DNA from: an uncultured Candidatus Saccharibacteria bacterium
GTDB lineage: Bacteria; Patescibacteriota; Minisyncoccia; Phycocordibacterales; Phycocordibacteraceae
NCBI GenBank assembly: GCA_964507275.1
Contig: CAZDPG010000001.1
Coordinates: 188,061-252,060, forward strand
DNA: 64,000 nucleotides
Reading direction: 5' to 3'
Shown here: positions 47,915 through 58,035 of the stretch, piece after piece
Layout: each line of letters opens with the position of its first letter
Position numbering within the stretch: the stretch's first letter is position 1
The notes under the pieces: model-generated
The model's input: the letters and a program-made list of their open reading frames with translations, nothing else
The model's database searches: none
What the model was told of the DNA's origin: nothing
Translations under genes and position numbers: made by a program

Positions 47915-49245
47915 CCCTCCAGTATAGCAATAGCTTTTTGTACACGCGAAATGGAAGTCTCCTTCCCAAGGATGCTGATGAGCGTAAAAGGGTCTGGTGA
48001 GCGTTCCTGTCCGGAAAGTGCGTAGCGGAGCGGCCAGAGGATGGCTCCTCGGCCCCCCTTCCCTTTCGTTTCCTCAGCATCGGCAAGCGGCATAATGGTC
48101 TCTTTTACCGCCTCAGCAGAGACGCCTTCTGGGAGGCTTTTTAGGGGCTCCAGGAGGCTTTCTAGGGCCGATTTGGTCATTCCCGGGCGGTCTACAGGCT
48201 CTTTTAGGACGAGTCTTGTTCTATCAAGGGCAGGCTCCTCAAAGAGACAGGAAAGCTCGCCGGAGAGCATATCGGTGGCCTCTTTGAACGTTCGGGAGCG
48301 TTCCTTAAGAAGCGATGCCGTCTTTTGAAGTTTTTCGCCGTCCATAGACTCCCCTTTCATGTGCGCAAGAAAGTCCTCGTCAGAAAGTTTGCGCATCCAA
48401 CGCTGGTTCACTGACAAAAGCTTCTCACGGTCCCATGCGGCGCTGCTCTTGTGCACACCCTCGAGTGTGAAGGCGTCAACGAGTTCTGGAAGAGAAAAAT
48501 CTTCACGATTATCTCCTGAGCTCCAGCCGAGGAGTGCGAGATAGTTCACGAGTGCTTCCGGCAAGAAGCCCTCATCCCGATAATCCATGACGCTCGTCGC
48601 ACCGCTCCGCTTCGAGAGTTTCGCACGCTTCTCGTCGACGATGAGCGGCAAGTGCGCATACGCTGGTCGTACGATGCCGAGCGCTTCCTGAATCAGAATC
48701 TGCCGCGGAGTATTCGAAATATGATCTTCGCCGCGTATGACATGCGTAACGCCGGCGTCGCCGTCATCCACTACGACAGCGAAGTGATAAAGAGCATCAT
48801 TCATCGATCGGGCAATCACGAAATCACCGAGTTCGGTCGTATCAAATGTAATGTCGCCGCGTATGAGATCAGTAAAGGTGACGCTCGTGCCCGGGTTCTT
48901 CAGGCGAATGACTTCAATGATCTTGTTAGGGTCATCACGACTTGGTTCTGGGGAGACATAGGCCTTCCCTTCCCCGACGACTTTCTCAAGTAGTTCTCGA
49001 TATCGGTCAGCACGCTCGCTCTGACGCGTGAAAGAGTCCCACGAGATACCGAGCCAAGTGAGCCCTTCGATGATTTCTTCCTCGTATTCCGGCTTACTAC
49101 GTGCACGGTCGGTATCTTCACTGCGGAATGCAATCGATCCTCCATTGTGTCGTGCGAATAGATAATTGAAGAGTGCGGTCCGTGCCGTACCGATGTGGAA
49201 TCGGCCAGTCGGGGAGGGTGGGATGCGGGTGATGACCGTACTCAT
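47911..49245 (-). CDS. gltX: Glutamate--tRNA ligase
   Basis: PSPTG.FHIG, R.EDTD, RGEDH, KLSKR. Confidence 0.96.
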   Translation of the reverse strand: MSTVITRIPPSPTGRFHIGTARTALFNYLFARHNGGSIAFRSEDTDRARSKPEYEEEIIEGLTWLGISWDSFTRQSERADRYRELLEKVVGEGKAYVSPEPSRDDPNKIIEVIRLKNPGTSVTFTDLIRGDITFDTTELGDFVIARSMNDALYHFAVVVDDGDAGVTHVIRGEDHISNTPRQILIQEALGIVRPAYAHLPLIVDEKRAKLSKRSGATSVMDYRDEGFLPEALVNYLALLGWSSGDNREDFSLPELVDAFTLEGVHKSSAAWDREKLLSVNQRWMRKLSDEDFLAHMKGESMDGEKLQKTASLLKERSRTFKEATDMLSGELSCLFEEPALDRTRLVLKEPVDRPGMTKSALESLLEPLKSLPEGVSAEAVKETIMPLADAEETKGKGGRGAILWPLRYALSGQERSPDPFTLISILGKETSISRVQKAIAILEG

Positions 49246-50381
49246 GCTTCGTGCGGGAGAGCCAAAGCGAGAACCTCACGAGCGAGGATGCGCGCTGCAT
49301 CCGGGTCAGTGAATCCTTTCGCTGAATTCCCCATGCGTTCGGCGAGTGCAGGGTCTTGGGTAATACGCTGTATCTCAGCGACGAAGAGGTGGGGCGTGAG
49401 ATTGTTTTCCTCAAGCACAATTGCTGCACCGGTCTTCGCGTAAGCATAGGCGTTCATACGCTGATCATGGCTGATTGACTCTGGAATTGGAATGAGTATC
49501 GCTGGCTTCTTCCAGAGTCCGATCTCAGCGATGGAGTTAGCGCCAGCGCGCGAGACGACAATGCTCGCCACGCTCGCAACGCGCTGCATCGACACCTGAT
49601 CGAGATAGTTCACCGGATGGTAGCGAGCCTTCTGCGGATTGTCTTTGAGTACGACCTGGCCAACTGCTGCGACGTTCTTGAAGTTCGCAGGACCGGTTTG
49701 ATGGATGACGTTCGCAAAGGCGATGAGTTCGGAGAGTGATGAGAGTACTGTCTCATTTATCTTCACGGCACCCTGTGAGCCGCCGAGGATGAGGATGGTC
49801 GGTATGCCTCGCTCGAGCTCGAGATATTGCTGGGCGCCCTCTGCTTCGACACGCATGAGCGCCTTCCGAATAGGAATGCCGGTGCGCGCAATCTTATCCT
49901 GTACATTTTCTGGGAAATACTTTGCAGCACTATCGAACGAGATGGCAATCTTGGTAGCGAATCGTGCAGCAAGCAAGTTCGCTCGACCGGGCTTAGCATC
50001 CGACTCATGGATGATGACAGGGATACGCAAGAACGCGGCAGCTAGGACGGTCGGAACACTAGCATAACCGCCCTTGCTCACAACGATGTCCGGATAGATT
50101 CTGAAGAGCACGACGAGTGCCGAGAACACTCCTCGGATCGTGACGAATAGGTCGGTAATATTCTGGAAGGCGGCATAGCGACGCACCTTCCCTGCTGGTA
50201 TATGTATGAAGGCGATATTGTTCTCGAAAAGCGCTTTCTCATCGAAAGGCGCGGGAGCGAGATAATAAAGTTCAGGTTCAATGAGGTGCTCCTCTCGGAT
50301 GAGGTCTTTGAGGGCCTCAGCTATAGCGATGATGGGATAGAAATGTCCTCCTGAGCCGCCTCCAGTGAACGCAATCGTCAT
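49242..50381 (-). CDS. murG: Lipid II GlcNAc transferase MurG
   Basis: GGGSGGH.YP, GGY.S.P, GGSQGA, SRAGA, Q..NA. Confidence 0.96.
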   Translation of the reverse strand: MTIAFTGGGSGGHFYPIIAIAEALKDLIREEHLIEPELYYLAPAPFDEKALFENNIAFIHIPAGKVRRYAAFQNITDLFVTIRGVFSALVVLFRIYPDIVVSKGGYASVPTVLAAAFLRIPVIIHESDAKPGRANLLAARFATKIAISFDSAAKYFPENVQDKIARTGIPIRKALMRVEAEGAQQYLELERGIPTILILGGSQGAVKINETVLSSLSELIAFANVIHQTGPANFKNVAAVGQVVLKDNPQKARYHPVNYLDQVSMQRVASVASIVVSRAGANSIAEIGLWKKPAILIPIPESISHDQRMNAYAYAKTGAAIVLEENNLTPHLFVAEIQRITQDPALAERMGNSAKGFTDPDAARILAREVLALALPHEA

Positions 50382-50411
50382 ACAGAGCAGTATACAATAA
50401 AATCCATTTCC

Positions 50412-51509
50412 TTATGCCTTCCGGTGGGCGGCGACGTTCAGGATGAATCCGCACATGAGGAGCGTCGCGGCCAAGGCCGTTCCTCCATGGGAGATGAAGG
50501 GTAATGGAAGTCCGGTGAGCGGGATGATACTGAGCATGGCGCCAATGTTGATGAATGCCTGGAAAATGATAAGGAACGAGAACCCAATCGCGATGAGACC
50601 GCCGAAAAGTTCAGCCGAGGTGCCTGCTATCACGATGCCACGCGCCGCGAGGGCGACGAAGAGCCCTAGAAGTATGAGCGCGCCGATGAATCCGGTTTCT
50701 TCGGCGAAGACCGCAAACACGGAGTCTCCATCAGGTTCAGGCAGGTAGTTGAACTTCTCGACGCTCTGCCCGAATCCCCGCCCAAGTACGCCGCCCGACC
50801 CGATTGCGATGAGCGCCTGCTGTATCTGGTAACCGCTTCCGAGTGAGTTCGCGGAAGGGTCCATGAATGTCTTCACCCGCTCGAGAACGTAGGGGCGCAG
50901 AGAGACGATGACGACGAGCGCTATCACGACACCGATTGCGAGGATGCCGAAGTCGCGCCAGGGTGCTCCGGCGACAAAGTACATGACGGCACCCGTCGCG
51001 AGTATGAGCAGTGTTGTGGATGTGTTTGGTTGGGCGAGCAAAATAGCACTCGGGACGGAGAGCAGGGCGATGAACGGGAGAAGTCCTTTCTTCGCGTTTG
51101 CGAGCTGACGGGCACGTGGTGCGAGCCACCACGCGAGCATAAGCACGAATCCTATCTTCAGGAATTCTGCGGGCTGGACGGTCGTGAAGCCGAGGTTAAT
51201 CCATCGTGTTGCGCCGCCAGCATGGAATCCAACACCCGGTATGAACACCATCAAAGTGAAGATGAGCGAAGCGACATATAGATAGGGCGCGAAGAGCTTC
51301 ACGCGCGAGAGCGGAATGATACGTGCGATAAAGAAGGCGAAGAACCCAAACCCGAATCCGAGTCCGGTCTGGAGCAGGATGTCTTGGGATACGGAGCTAC
51401 TTTCGCGCGCCAGTAGACCGAGTGTCGCCGAAGAAAAGATGGCAAGACCCGCAAGCGCCAGCGTAATGACGAGCATGAGGAACACGCGATCGCCGCGGAC
51501 GGATTTCAT
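50412..51509 (-). CDS. ftsW: SEDS family peptidoglycan polymerase FtsW
   Basis: RW….QPAEF.K, GYQ..Q…AIGSGG, P.TG.PLPFIS.GG; between mraY and murG. Confidence 0.92.
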   Translation of the reverse strand: MKSVRGDRVFLMLVITLALAGLAIFSSATLGLLARESSSVSQDILLQTGLGFGFGFFAFFIARIIPLSRVKLFAPYLYVASLIFTLMVFIPGVGFHAGGATRWINLGFTTVQPAEFLKIGFVLMLAWWLAPRARQLANAKKGLLPFIALLSVPSAILLAQPNTSTTLLILATGAVMYFVAGAPWRDFGILAIGVVIALVVIVSLRPYVLERVKTFMDPSANSLGSGYQIQQALIAIGSGGVLGRGFGQSVEKFNYLPEPDGDSVFAVFAEETGFIGALILLGLFVALAARGIVIAGTSAELFGGLIAIGFSFLIIFQAFINIGAMLSIIPLTGLPLPFISHGGTALAATLLMCGFILNVAAHRKA

Positions 51510-51510
51510 G

Positions 51511-52587
51511 TTACTTCAAGAGCGCTATCGTCATCCCCATGATTGCGCAGATTATGGAGATAATCCAATAGCGCATCGTAACTTTGTATGACGGCCAGCC
51601 GATGGCTTCGAAATGATGATGGAGCGGCGCTATGCGGAATACCTTCTTGCCGAACATTTTTTTCGAGGCGACCTGGATGACGTTTGATAGTACGGTGACG
51701 ACGAGAGGAAAGGCAATAATCGGGAGCGCGGCGATACCGTAGCCATTCCCCGGCGTATCGGTCATAAAGGCAATGACGGCGAGCGTCATGGTGAGACCCA
51801 TCGTTCCGGTCTCGGTCATCCAGAAGCGTGCTGGCGGGATGTTGAACCAGAGGAATGCGAGTATTGCACCGGTGAGTGTCGCGGAGAAAGCCGCGAGGTT
51901 GATCTGGTTTTGGAAATACGCGATGCCAGCATACGCCATGAACGCCGTGCTGAATACGCCGCCGGCGAGTCCATCGATACCGTCGATGACGCCGCCGGCA
52001 TAGATACCGAGGGTTATGAGTATGAAAAGAGGAATGATGAGCGCGCCTATGGTAAGCGTACCATCTCCGGGTATGCCGACAGCATCGACGCCAAGCTTCA
52101 CATAGAACCACCAGCCGATGAAAGCCGATACGATCGTGACGAAGATGAGTCGCGTACGGATTCCTACGCCTCGTTCTCCATCTGGCTGGATATCCAGAAG
52201 ATCATTGATGAATCCCATGAGCGCCCCTGCAAGGAGTGCGAAGAATGGTATCCACGTTTGACTGCGGCTGAGGAAGTCGAGCTTTTCGAAAAGAGGTATC
52301 GGTGCGAGGCGCGCCAAGAGCCAGATACCAGCCGTGACTATCGTGACGCTCACCCATATGAGGATGCCACCCATGCGTGGCGTCTTCGTCTCGGTCCCGG
52401 CATGGACGGTTGTGCGGAGTTTTTCAAACTCAACGGCGGGTGAGCCATCGAGCGCCACCTTCCCGGTTACCTTCTTCCATACACGATACTTGTACAAGTA
52501 ATGTGTGAGGAGTGGTGCAAACAGAATACCGACGGCAAACGACGCTGTCGCAGGAATGAACACTTTGATGATGTCTGAAACGATCAT
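51511..52587 (-). CDS. mraY: Phospho-MurNAc-pentapeptide transferase
   Basis: TP.MGG, DG.DGLA, FLWFN..PA, APLHHHFE..GW. Confidence 0.95.
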   Translation of the reverse strand: MIVSDIIKVFIPATASFAVGILFAPLLTHYLYKYRVWKKVTGKVALDGSPAVEFEKLRTTVHAGTETKTPRMGGILIWVSVTIVTAGIWLLARLAPIPLFEKLDFLSRSQTWIPFFALLAGALMGFINDLLDIQPDGERGVGIRTRLIFVTIVSAFIGWWFYVKLGVDAVGIPGDGTLTIGALIIPLFILITLGIYAGGVIDGIDGLAGGVFSTAFMAYAGIAYFQNQINLAAFSATLTGAILAFLWFNIPPARFWMTETGTMGLTMTLAVIAFMTDTPGNGYGIAALPIIAFPLVVTVLSNVIQVASKKMFGKKVFRIAPLHHHFEAIGWPSYKVTMRYWIISIICAIMGMTIALLK

Positions 52588-53531
52588 AGCGAAGAGACGC
52601 CCGCAAAGTGCGCGAGCGTCGCAGCGACGAGCGCGGTCCCATCAGTGAATCGAGCTTGCTTCGAGCTTCCAAGCACGACCACGGCAATTGGATGTCCGAT
52701 GCCGGCATCGAACACAAGAGCGAGATTGCCGCCGGCGAGATCGGTATAGCCAGTCTTTGAGAGAAGAAGGCGCGGGATAACTCCGACCATCGGATCGGTA
52801 TTTTTCACCGAGAAGTGCGTGCCACCAGCCGAAGTAGCTTGGGCAGAGCTTTCCGTCGTCGCACGAGCGATAGCAGGCGCTTGCTTCACGAGCGCTCCTG
52901 CCAGGCGCGCGAGGTCGTACGCCGAGCCGTAGCCGCCTGAGACTGCGGTACTCATATCAAGACCGCTCCCGTTTACGGCATAGGTCTGCGATAGATCGAG
53001 CGCAGCTGCGGCGGAAGCGAGCATGACGCTCTCGGTTTCGCCTCTGTGTTCAGCGATTGCGTGCGCGATTGCGACCGCACCGTCGTTCAGTGAGGCAGTG
53101 AGCGTCAGACGAGCGAGATCTGAAAGCGAGAAGGTCTGCCCTACCGAGAAGACTCGTGGCGCCTCAACACGCCTCACGCTGTCCGGAATGAGTATCGGCG
53201 TCTCTGGCGGAAGTTCTGCGAGCGCCGCATAGACCGTGAGAAGCTTCGTGAGAGAAGCGAGTGGAAGCTGTGCATCGGCATTCTTCGCGTAGAGCGTCTC
53301 TCCGGTCGCAAGATCAAACACGATGGCGGCCTTCGCTTCGGGCGAGACCTGAGCGAAGGCGCTCGGGACGGTCGATGTCGCTATGGTTATAGCCGAAGGT
53401 ACTTGATTACCGGACGCCGGAGACAAGAAGAGGAAGAGGGCGAGAATACCCGAGGCGAACAGAAGCGTGATTCCGGCTTCCCGTGTCGAGCGGCTTGTCA
53501 TAGCAAGTTTCTGAAGTTCAGCGGAATCCAT
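52584..53531 (-). CDS. D-Ala-D-Ala carboxypeptidase (S11)
   Basis: ASLTK (SxxK), SLN (SxN), KTGYT. Confidence 0.9.
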   Translation of the reverse strand: MDSAELQKLAMTSRSTREAGITLLFASGILALFLFLSPASGNQVPSAITIATSTVPSAFAQVSPEAKAAIVFDLATGETLYAKNADAQLPLASLTKLLTVYAALAELPPETPILIPDSVRRVEAPRVFSVGQTFSLSDLARLTLTASLNDGAVAIAHAIAEHRGETESVMLASAAAALDLSQTYAVNGSGLDMSTAVSGGYGSAYDLARLAGALVKQAPAIARATTESSAQATSAGGTHFSVKNTDPMVGVIPRLLLSKTGYTDLAGGNLALVFDAGIGHPIAVVVLGSSKQARFTDGTALVAATLAHFAGVSSL

Positions 53532-53539
53532 GACGACAG

Positions 53540-54088
53540 TTATACGACGGGTTCAATCTCGCGTTCTTCAAGGGCCTCGCGCGTGGCAATCTGCAGTTCA
53601 CCGGCACGTGGAAGATCTTCAGCATGCGAGAGTCCGAGATGTGCGAGCGCTTCGGTCGTGAGGCTATAGCGAATGCGGCGCTTGTCGGTCTCGTCTTCCT
53701 TCCCTTCGATGAGGCCGCGCATGAGTAGCGTCCGCAGCGATGCCGAAGAGTTCACACCACGCACCCAGTCAATCTCGCTTCGCGTCGCACCGGTCTGGTA
53801 CGCGATGACCGCGAGCGTCTCAAGACTTCCCTTCCCCAGATCGCGTGCGAGCTCGTTCTCGCGAAGACTCTTCACGATATCGGCTGCTTCTGGTGCTGTG
53901 CGAAGTTCGAGCTCATCAGGCGTCTCTATAAGCGCGAGACCGCGCCCGGCAAGCGAACGATCCAGAACCTCGGTCACCACCGCGAGCTGATCCAGAGAGA
54001 TGCTGAGGAGCTTCGCGAGCTGTTTTTTTTCAAGCGGTTCGCCAGATGCGAACAGGAGGGCTTCAAGGGCGGCGGGAGGGGTGAGCAT
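53540..54088 (-). CDS. scpB: SMC-associated protein ScpB
   Basis: LEALLFASGEP, LETLA.IAY, R..I…RGVNS; start after TTGCCC-N17-TATACT-N7. Confidence 0.93.
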   Translation of the reverse strand: MLTPPAALEALLFASGEPLEKKQLAKLLSISLDQLAVVTEVLDRSLAGRGLALIETPDELELRTAPEAADIVKSLRENELARDLGKGSLETLAVIAYQTGATRSEIDWVRGVNSSASLRTLLMRGLIEGKEDETDKRRIRYSLTTEALAHLGLSHAEDLPRAGELQIATREALEEREIEPVV

Positions 54089-54145
54089 TCCTCTCAGTAT
54101 AATGGTGTGCCCCCTTGAGGGCAACGCGTCATTTTGGGTATAAAT

Positions 54146-54889
54146 CTAGCCGTAATGAGGGACGGACGAGGAGGCGGTATGACTAATGCGAATATCGCCG
54201 TGTTGCTCATACTGCTCTGCGGCAACCGCGCCCTGCTTCACGAGCTCGAGGAGAGCAAGGAAAGAGACAATAACCTCTACCTTCTCTTTCGCACCGCCAG
54301 CGAATTCTTTGAAAGAAAGCGAAAGCGCACTCTGGACGCGTTTTGCCAACTGATCCATGACTTCTTCTATCGAAACGAGCGGCTTCACCCGAGCCTCCGG
54401 CAGCTCCTCGACAGCTTCGCGCGCTGCGAGTACTCGTGCAAGCGCTTCGGCGAGCGCGTCTTGCGAGAGGTCTCTCGCCGGAGCGAAGAACGGTTCGGGA
54501 GCGCGTATTCCTGCCGGGAGCATCATGGACTTGCCGAATATCCGCGAGAGTTCGCGAGCGGCTTCGCGCACCTTCTCGTACGCCTCGAGGCGGCGTTTCA
54601 AATCATCGATGTCGGCGTTCTCTTCTTCGGTGAGCGTGAGGTCGGGGATGAGCGACTTCGACTTTATGAGAAGCAGGGTCGCCGCAAGCTGGATGAAGTT
54701 CGCGGTCTCTTCAACGGGAAATGCGGTTTGCGTACGGATATGCGCTATGAAATCTTCGGTGATGCTCGCAAGCGCGAGATCGTTCACCAGCAACTTCCTC
54801 GCTTCAATCAAATCAAGCACGAGCTCAAACGGCCCCTGGTATGCTTCGGTCTCTATATTGAAGTTAATCTTCGGAAGTGTTGGATTCAT
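54146..54889 (-). CDS. scpA: Kleisin ScpA
   Basis: GP..L.L.LI, A.TLL.IKSK.L.P, FLALLEL.KQG. Confidence 0.93.
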   Translation of the reverse strand: MNPTLPKINFNIETEAYQGPFELVLDLIEARKLLVNDLALASITEDFIAHIRTQTAFPVEETANFIQLAATLLLIKSKSLIPDLTLTEEENADIDDLKRRLEAYEKVREAARELSRIFGKSMMLPAGIRAPEPFFAPARDLSQDALAEALARVLAAREAVEELPEARVKPLVSIEEVMDQLAKRVQSALSLSFKEFAGGAKEKVEVIVSFLALLELVKQGAVAAEQYEQHGDIRISHTASSSVPHYG

Positions 54890-56225
54890 GCTGAGATGAG
54901 TCGGAGAGGAGTGTGTCGATGCGGTTGATATCGCGCGGGAAGAGGGTCGCTTCCTTTACGTTTGCGAGTCCAAGCATTTTTTGCGTAAGACGCTCAAGAC
55001 CCATACCCCATCCACCGTGCGGTGGCATACCGTATTTGAAGGCTTGCAAGTAGTACGAGAACTTCTCAGGGTCGAGCCCCTTCATTTTGATACCCTCGAC
55101 GAGATTATCGTAGTCGTGTCGGCGCTGGCCGCCCGTCGTTATCTCAACACCGCGGAAAAGCAGGTCGAAGCTGTTCGTATAACCTAGGTCTTCCGGATCT
55201 TCCATCGTATACATCGGCCGCTTCGATACCGGGTAGTGCGTGACGAAGATGAAATCACTCCCCTTTTCACGGGCGGCCCATTCTGAGAGCCAGCGCTCGT
55301 CTTCGGGTTCGAGATCAGGCTCATTGCGATTGTCGCGCCCAGTCTCCTTATAGATGAGCTCGAGTGCTTCGCGAAGCTTAAGCGACGGGAATACTTCTGG
55401 TGCAACGGGTAGTGTCGCACTGAGAAGTTTGAACTCATTCGCGCAGTTCTCCTCCAGCTGCTTGATGATCGCGTGCATGAGGCGCGTCTCGAGCTCCATC
55501 AGGTCATGGTGGTCGGTGATGAATCCCATCTCCAAATCCATTGAAGTATATTCGTTCAGGTGGCGCGTCGTGGAATGCTTCTCTGCGCGATAGACGTTCC
55601 CGATAGCATAGACGCGTTCGAGTACGCCGACCATGATTTGCTTATAGAATTGCGGCGATGTGCCGAGATGAGCGGTCTTGTCGTTGAAATACGGTACAGA
55701 AAAGACGTTCGCGCCACCCTCGGCATCGTCCCCGATGAGTTTCGGGGCTTGGAATTCTGTGAATCCCTCGATACCGAGGAATCCGCGATAGGCGTTCGTG
55801 ATTTCAGCCTGCACGCGGAATATGGCTCGTGCGCGCTCGCTGCGAAGCGTAAGCGGTAGGTAGTCGAGATACGTGTCGAGATTAACTTCGGTATCTTTCT
55901 CAAACGGTAGTTCCTGTGCTTTTGCGAGTACGGTGATGGCTGTCGCTTCGAGTTCCAGATTCCCGTTTGTGCCCTCGGTGCGCATTTTTTCAGGGCGTTC
56001 ATTCACGATCCCCTCGATCGTGACGATCCATTCTGGTTTCAGGTCTTGTGCCACCGTGAGCGCTTCGATGTGATTCGGTAGGCACACCACCTGCACCTTC
56101 CCTGAGCGGTCGCGGATGTCGAGGAAGATGAGCTTCCCGTGGTCGCGACGGACATCCACCGAACCGGAGATGGAGATGGTTTTGCCGATATGACTTCCGA
56201 GATTTACGATAGTTGTTCGTTCCAT
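54864..56225 (-). CDS. aspS: Aspartate--tRNA(Asp/Asn) ligase, short archaeal-type
   Basis: OB fold (RDHGKLIF.D.RDRSG), EGGA..F, SPQFYKQ, YRAE…T.RHLNE, PPHGG.G.GLER; no GAD insert. Confidence 0.9.
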   Translation of the reverse strand: MERTTIVNLGSHIGKTISISGSVDVRRDHGKLIFLDIRDRSGKVQVVCLPNHIEALTVAQDLKPEWIVTIEGIVNERPEKMRTEGTNGNLELEATAITVLAKAQELPFEKDTEVNLDTYLDYLPLTLRSERARAIFRVQAEITNAYRGFLGIEGFTEFQAPKLIGDDAEGGANVFSVPYFNDKTAHLGTSPQFYKQIMVGVLERVYAIGNVYRAEKHSTTRHLNEYTSMDLEMGFITDHHDLMELETRLMHAIIKQLEENCANEFKLLSATLPVAPEVFPSLKLREALELIYKETGRDNRNEPDLEPEDERWLSEWAAREKGSDFIFVTHYPVSKRPMYTMEDPEDLGYTNSFDLLFRGVEITTGGQRRHDYDNLVEGIKMKGLDPEKFSYYLQAFKYGMPPHGGWGMGLERLTQKMLGLANVKEATLFPRDINRIDTLLSDSSQHESNTSED

Positions 56226-56243
56226 ATATCCTATAAAATAACA

Positions 56244-56267
56244 CACCCCACGATGAATTGTGGGGTG
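56244..56267 (-). terminator. Terminator hairpin after the orphan gene
   Basis: CACCCCAC-N8-GTGGGGTG followed on the minus strand by TGTTATTTT. Confidence 0.6.
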
Positions 56268-56294
56268 TTGCGAGATTGTTACTCGCGGGGGGTT

Positions 56295-56894
56295 TCACAT
56301 GCCCTTGTTCAGAATCATGCGCAGGAGGTCCTGGATGGCATAGTACTCGGGGTTGATGAGTAACGCCGCAGCATCGGCCAGGCGATTGAAGAACCAGAGG
56401 CCGGCGAAGCAAGAGAGACCGATGGGGAGAATGCGGGCAATCCACATACGGGGCTCATGGTCATCATCATCGGGTTTCGGGTTCCATAGTTTGCCGACGA
56501 AATACATGTAGGTGAGCAGAACAGCCAGAAAGCCGACCGGAACGATGCATGCCATGATGGCCTTGGCGTACTGCTGCTTGATCATGATTCGCCAGACATC
56601 CGGCGCGATCTTGTTGATGGCCTGGGCCATGGCACCGACGACATCCGAAACCTTGTCGATAGCCTTGTCCATCACTTGAGCGACGGTCTTTTCGGTGGTC
56701 GACACCTCGGCCTTCCTCGGTTCTTCCTTCTTGGGTTGCTCGACGCCGAAAAGCTGGCCCAGCTCCTGTACTCCTTTCTGCACGGCCGCAGCATCGGCCT
56801 GAGAGACCGAAGTCTTTTCAGTGTCTGCCGCAAACAGGGGTGTCGCCAGGCTCAAAGACAGGGCGACCAATGTTGCAAAGATCAGTTTCCTCAC
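56295..56894 (-). CDS. Hypothetical exported/membrane protein, possibly phage-derived
   Basis: GTG start with a GAGGAG SD; signal peptide, two TM helices and a C-terminal INPEYYAI motif. Confidence 0.7.
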   Translation of the reverse strand: MRKLIFATLVALSLSLATPLFAADTEKTSVSQADAAAVQKGVQELGQLFGVEQPKKEEPRKAEVSTTEKTVAQVMDKAIDKVSDVVGAMAQAINKIAPDVWRIMIKQQYAKAIMACIVPVGFLAVLLTYMYFVGKLWNPKPDDDDHEPRMWIARILPIGLSCFAGLWFFNRLADAAALLINPEYYAIQDLLRMILNKGM

Positions 56895-57007
56895 GTTTTT
56901 TCTCCTCTAGACAGGACCTTCGGCGCAAGCCTCTAGTATGTCCTGCCTCAGATAAATCTGCTCATATATAAACACACCTGTTCTAGATTGTAAATAGCTT
57001 TGCGCGA

Positions 57008-57964
57008 CTACGCAACACCAATAGCTTTTCGCACTTGCTCCATCTTCGCTTCGCTTATAGCGCGTGCTTCTATCTTCCCTTGCGTGAGGATGTCATCAAT
57101 GATAGCCGGATCGTCTCGGAGTGCTTCATACTTAGTGCGAATCGGAGCAAGGTAGCGATCGAGGTCTTCTATAAGCGTTTCTTTCAGCGCTTTATAGTTA
57201 CCCTGATGTTCTTCATAGAGAGGGTTTAGCGTTTGTTCGCTTCTGAAGAGGCGGTGTAAGCGGTACACGTTTTCAGGACGATTTCCGCTTGAATCGGTGA
57301 CGATGCTCATGACCGCTTTAGCAAGCTGATCGCGAGAAGCAAAGAGCGGAATGACATTCCCATAGCTCTTACTCATCTTCTGTCCGTCAGTACCAGGGAC
57401 AACAGCGACGTCCGGCATGATATAGGGCTCGGGGAGTTTGAAAATATCGGTCTTGTAGGTACGATTGAATTTCTCTGCGGTATCACGCGCGTACTCGATG
57501 TGCTGCTTCTGATCGGCACCTACCGGTACGATAGCGGCATCGTAGAGGAGGATATCGGCAGCCATGAGCATCGGATAGTTGAACGTACCGACGCTTAACT
57601 CCTTCCCTTTCGCTTCGGCATCTTTATAGGCGTGCGCGCGCATGAGGTACGGCATCGTCGTGATAGTGTCGAAAATCCAGCAGAGCTCGGTATGCGCCGG
57701 AACGTCTGATTGTTTGAAGAACACGACGTCCTCCGGGTCGAGTCCGATGGCAAGATACGCCATCACGAGTTCATGCGTGCGGCGCTTCATCTCCTCGGCA
57801 TCCTGCATCGTGTTCAGGGCGTGGTAATCAGCGACGAAGATGAACGGGCGGTACTTCCCCGTCTGCACAAGCTCAACGAACTGGCGCATCGCGCCGAAAT
57901 AGTTGCCGATGTGCAAATCGCCAGTCGGCTTCACGCCGGATACGAGAACAGGTCTGTCAGTCAT
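57008..57964 (-). CDS. trpS: Tryptophan--tRNA ligase
   Basis: SG.KPTG.LHIGNY.GA, YP.LMAADILLY, VPVG.DQ.QH.E, KMSKS. Confidence 0.97.
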   Translation of the reverse strand: MTDRPVLVSGVKPTGDLHIGNYFGAMRQFVELVQTGKYRPFIFVADYHALNTMQDAEEMKRRTHELVMAYLAIGLDPEDVVFFKQSDVPAHTELCWIFDTITTMPYLMRAHAYKDAEAKGKELSVGTFNYPMLMAADILLYDAAIVPVGADQKQHIEYARDTAEKFNRTYKTDIFKLPEPYIMPDVAVVPGTDGQKMSKSYGNVIPLFASRDQLAKAVMSIVTDSSGNRPENVYRLHRLFRSEQTLNPLYEEHQGNYKALKETLIEDLDRYLAPIRTKYEALRDDPAIIDDILTQGKIEARAISEAKMEQVRKAIGVA

Positions 57965-58035
57965 GGTTGTACGATACCATACCTTGACGACCCGTTGCAG
58001 AGAGGTATCGTTACTACAGAAAGGAGGGTTCCATC

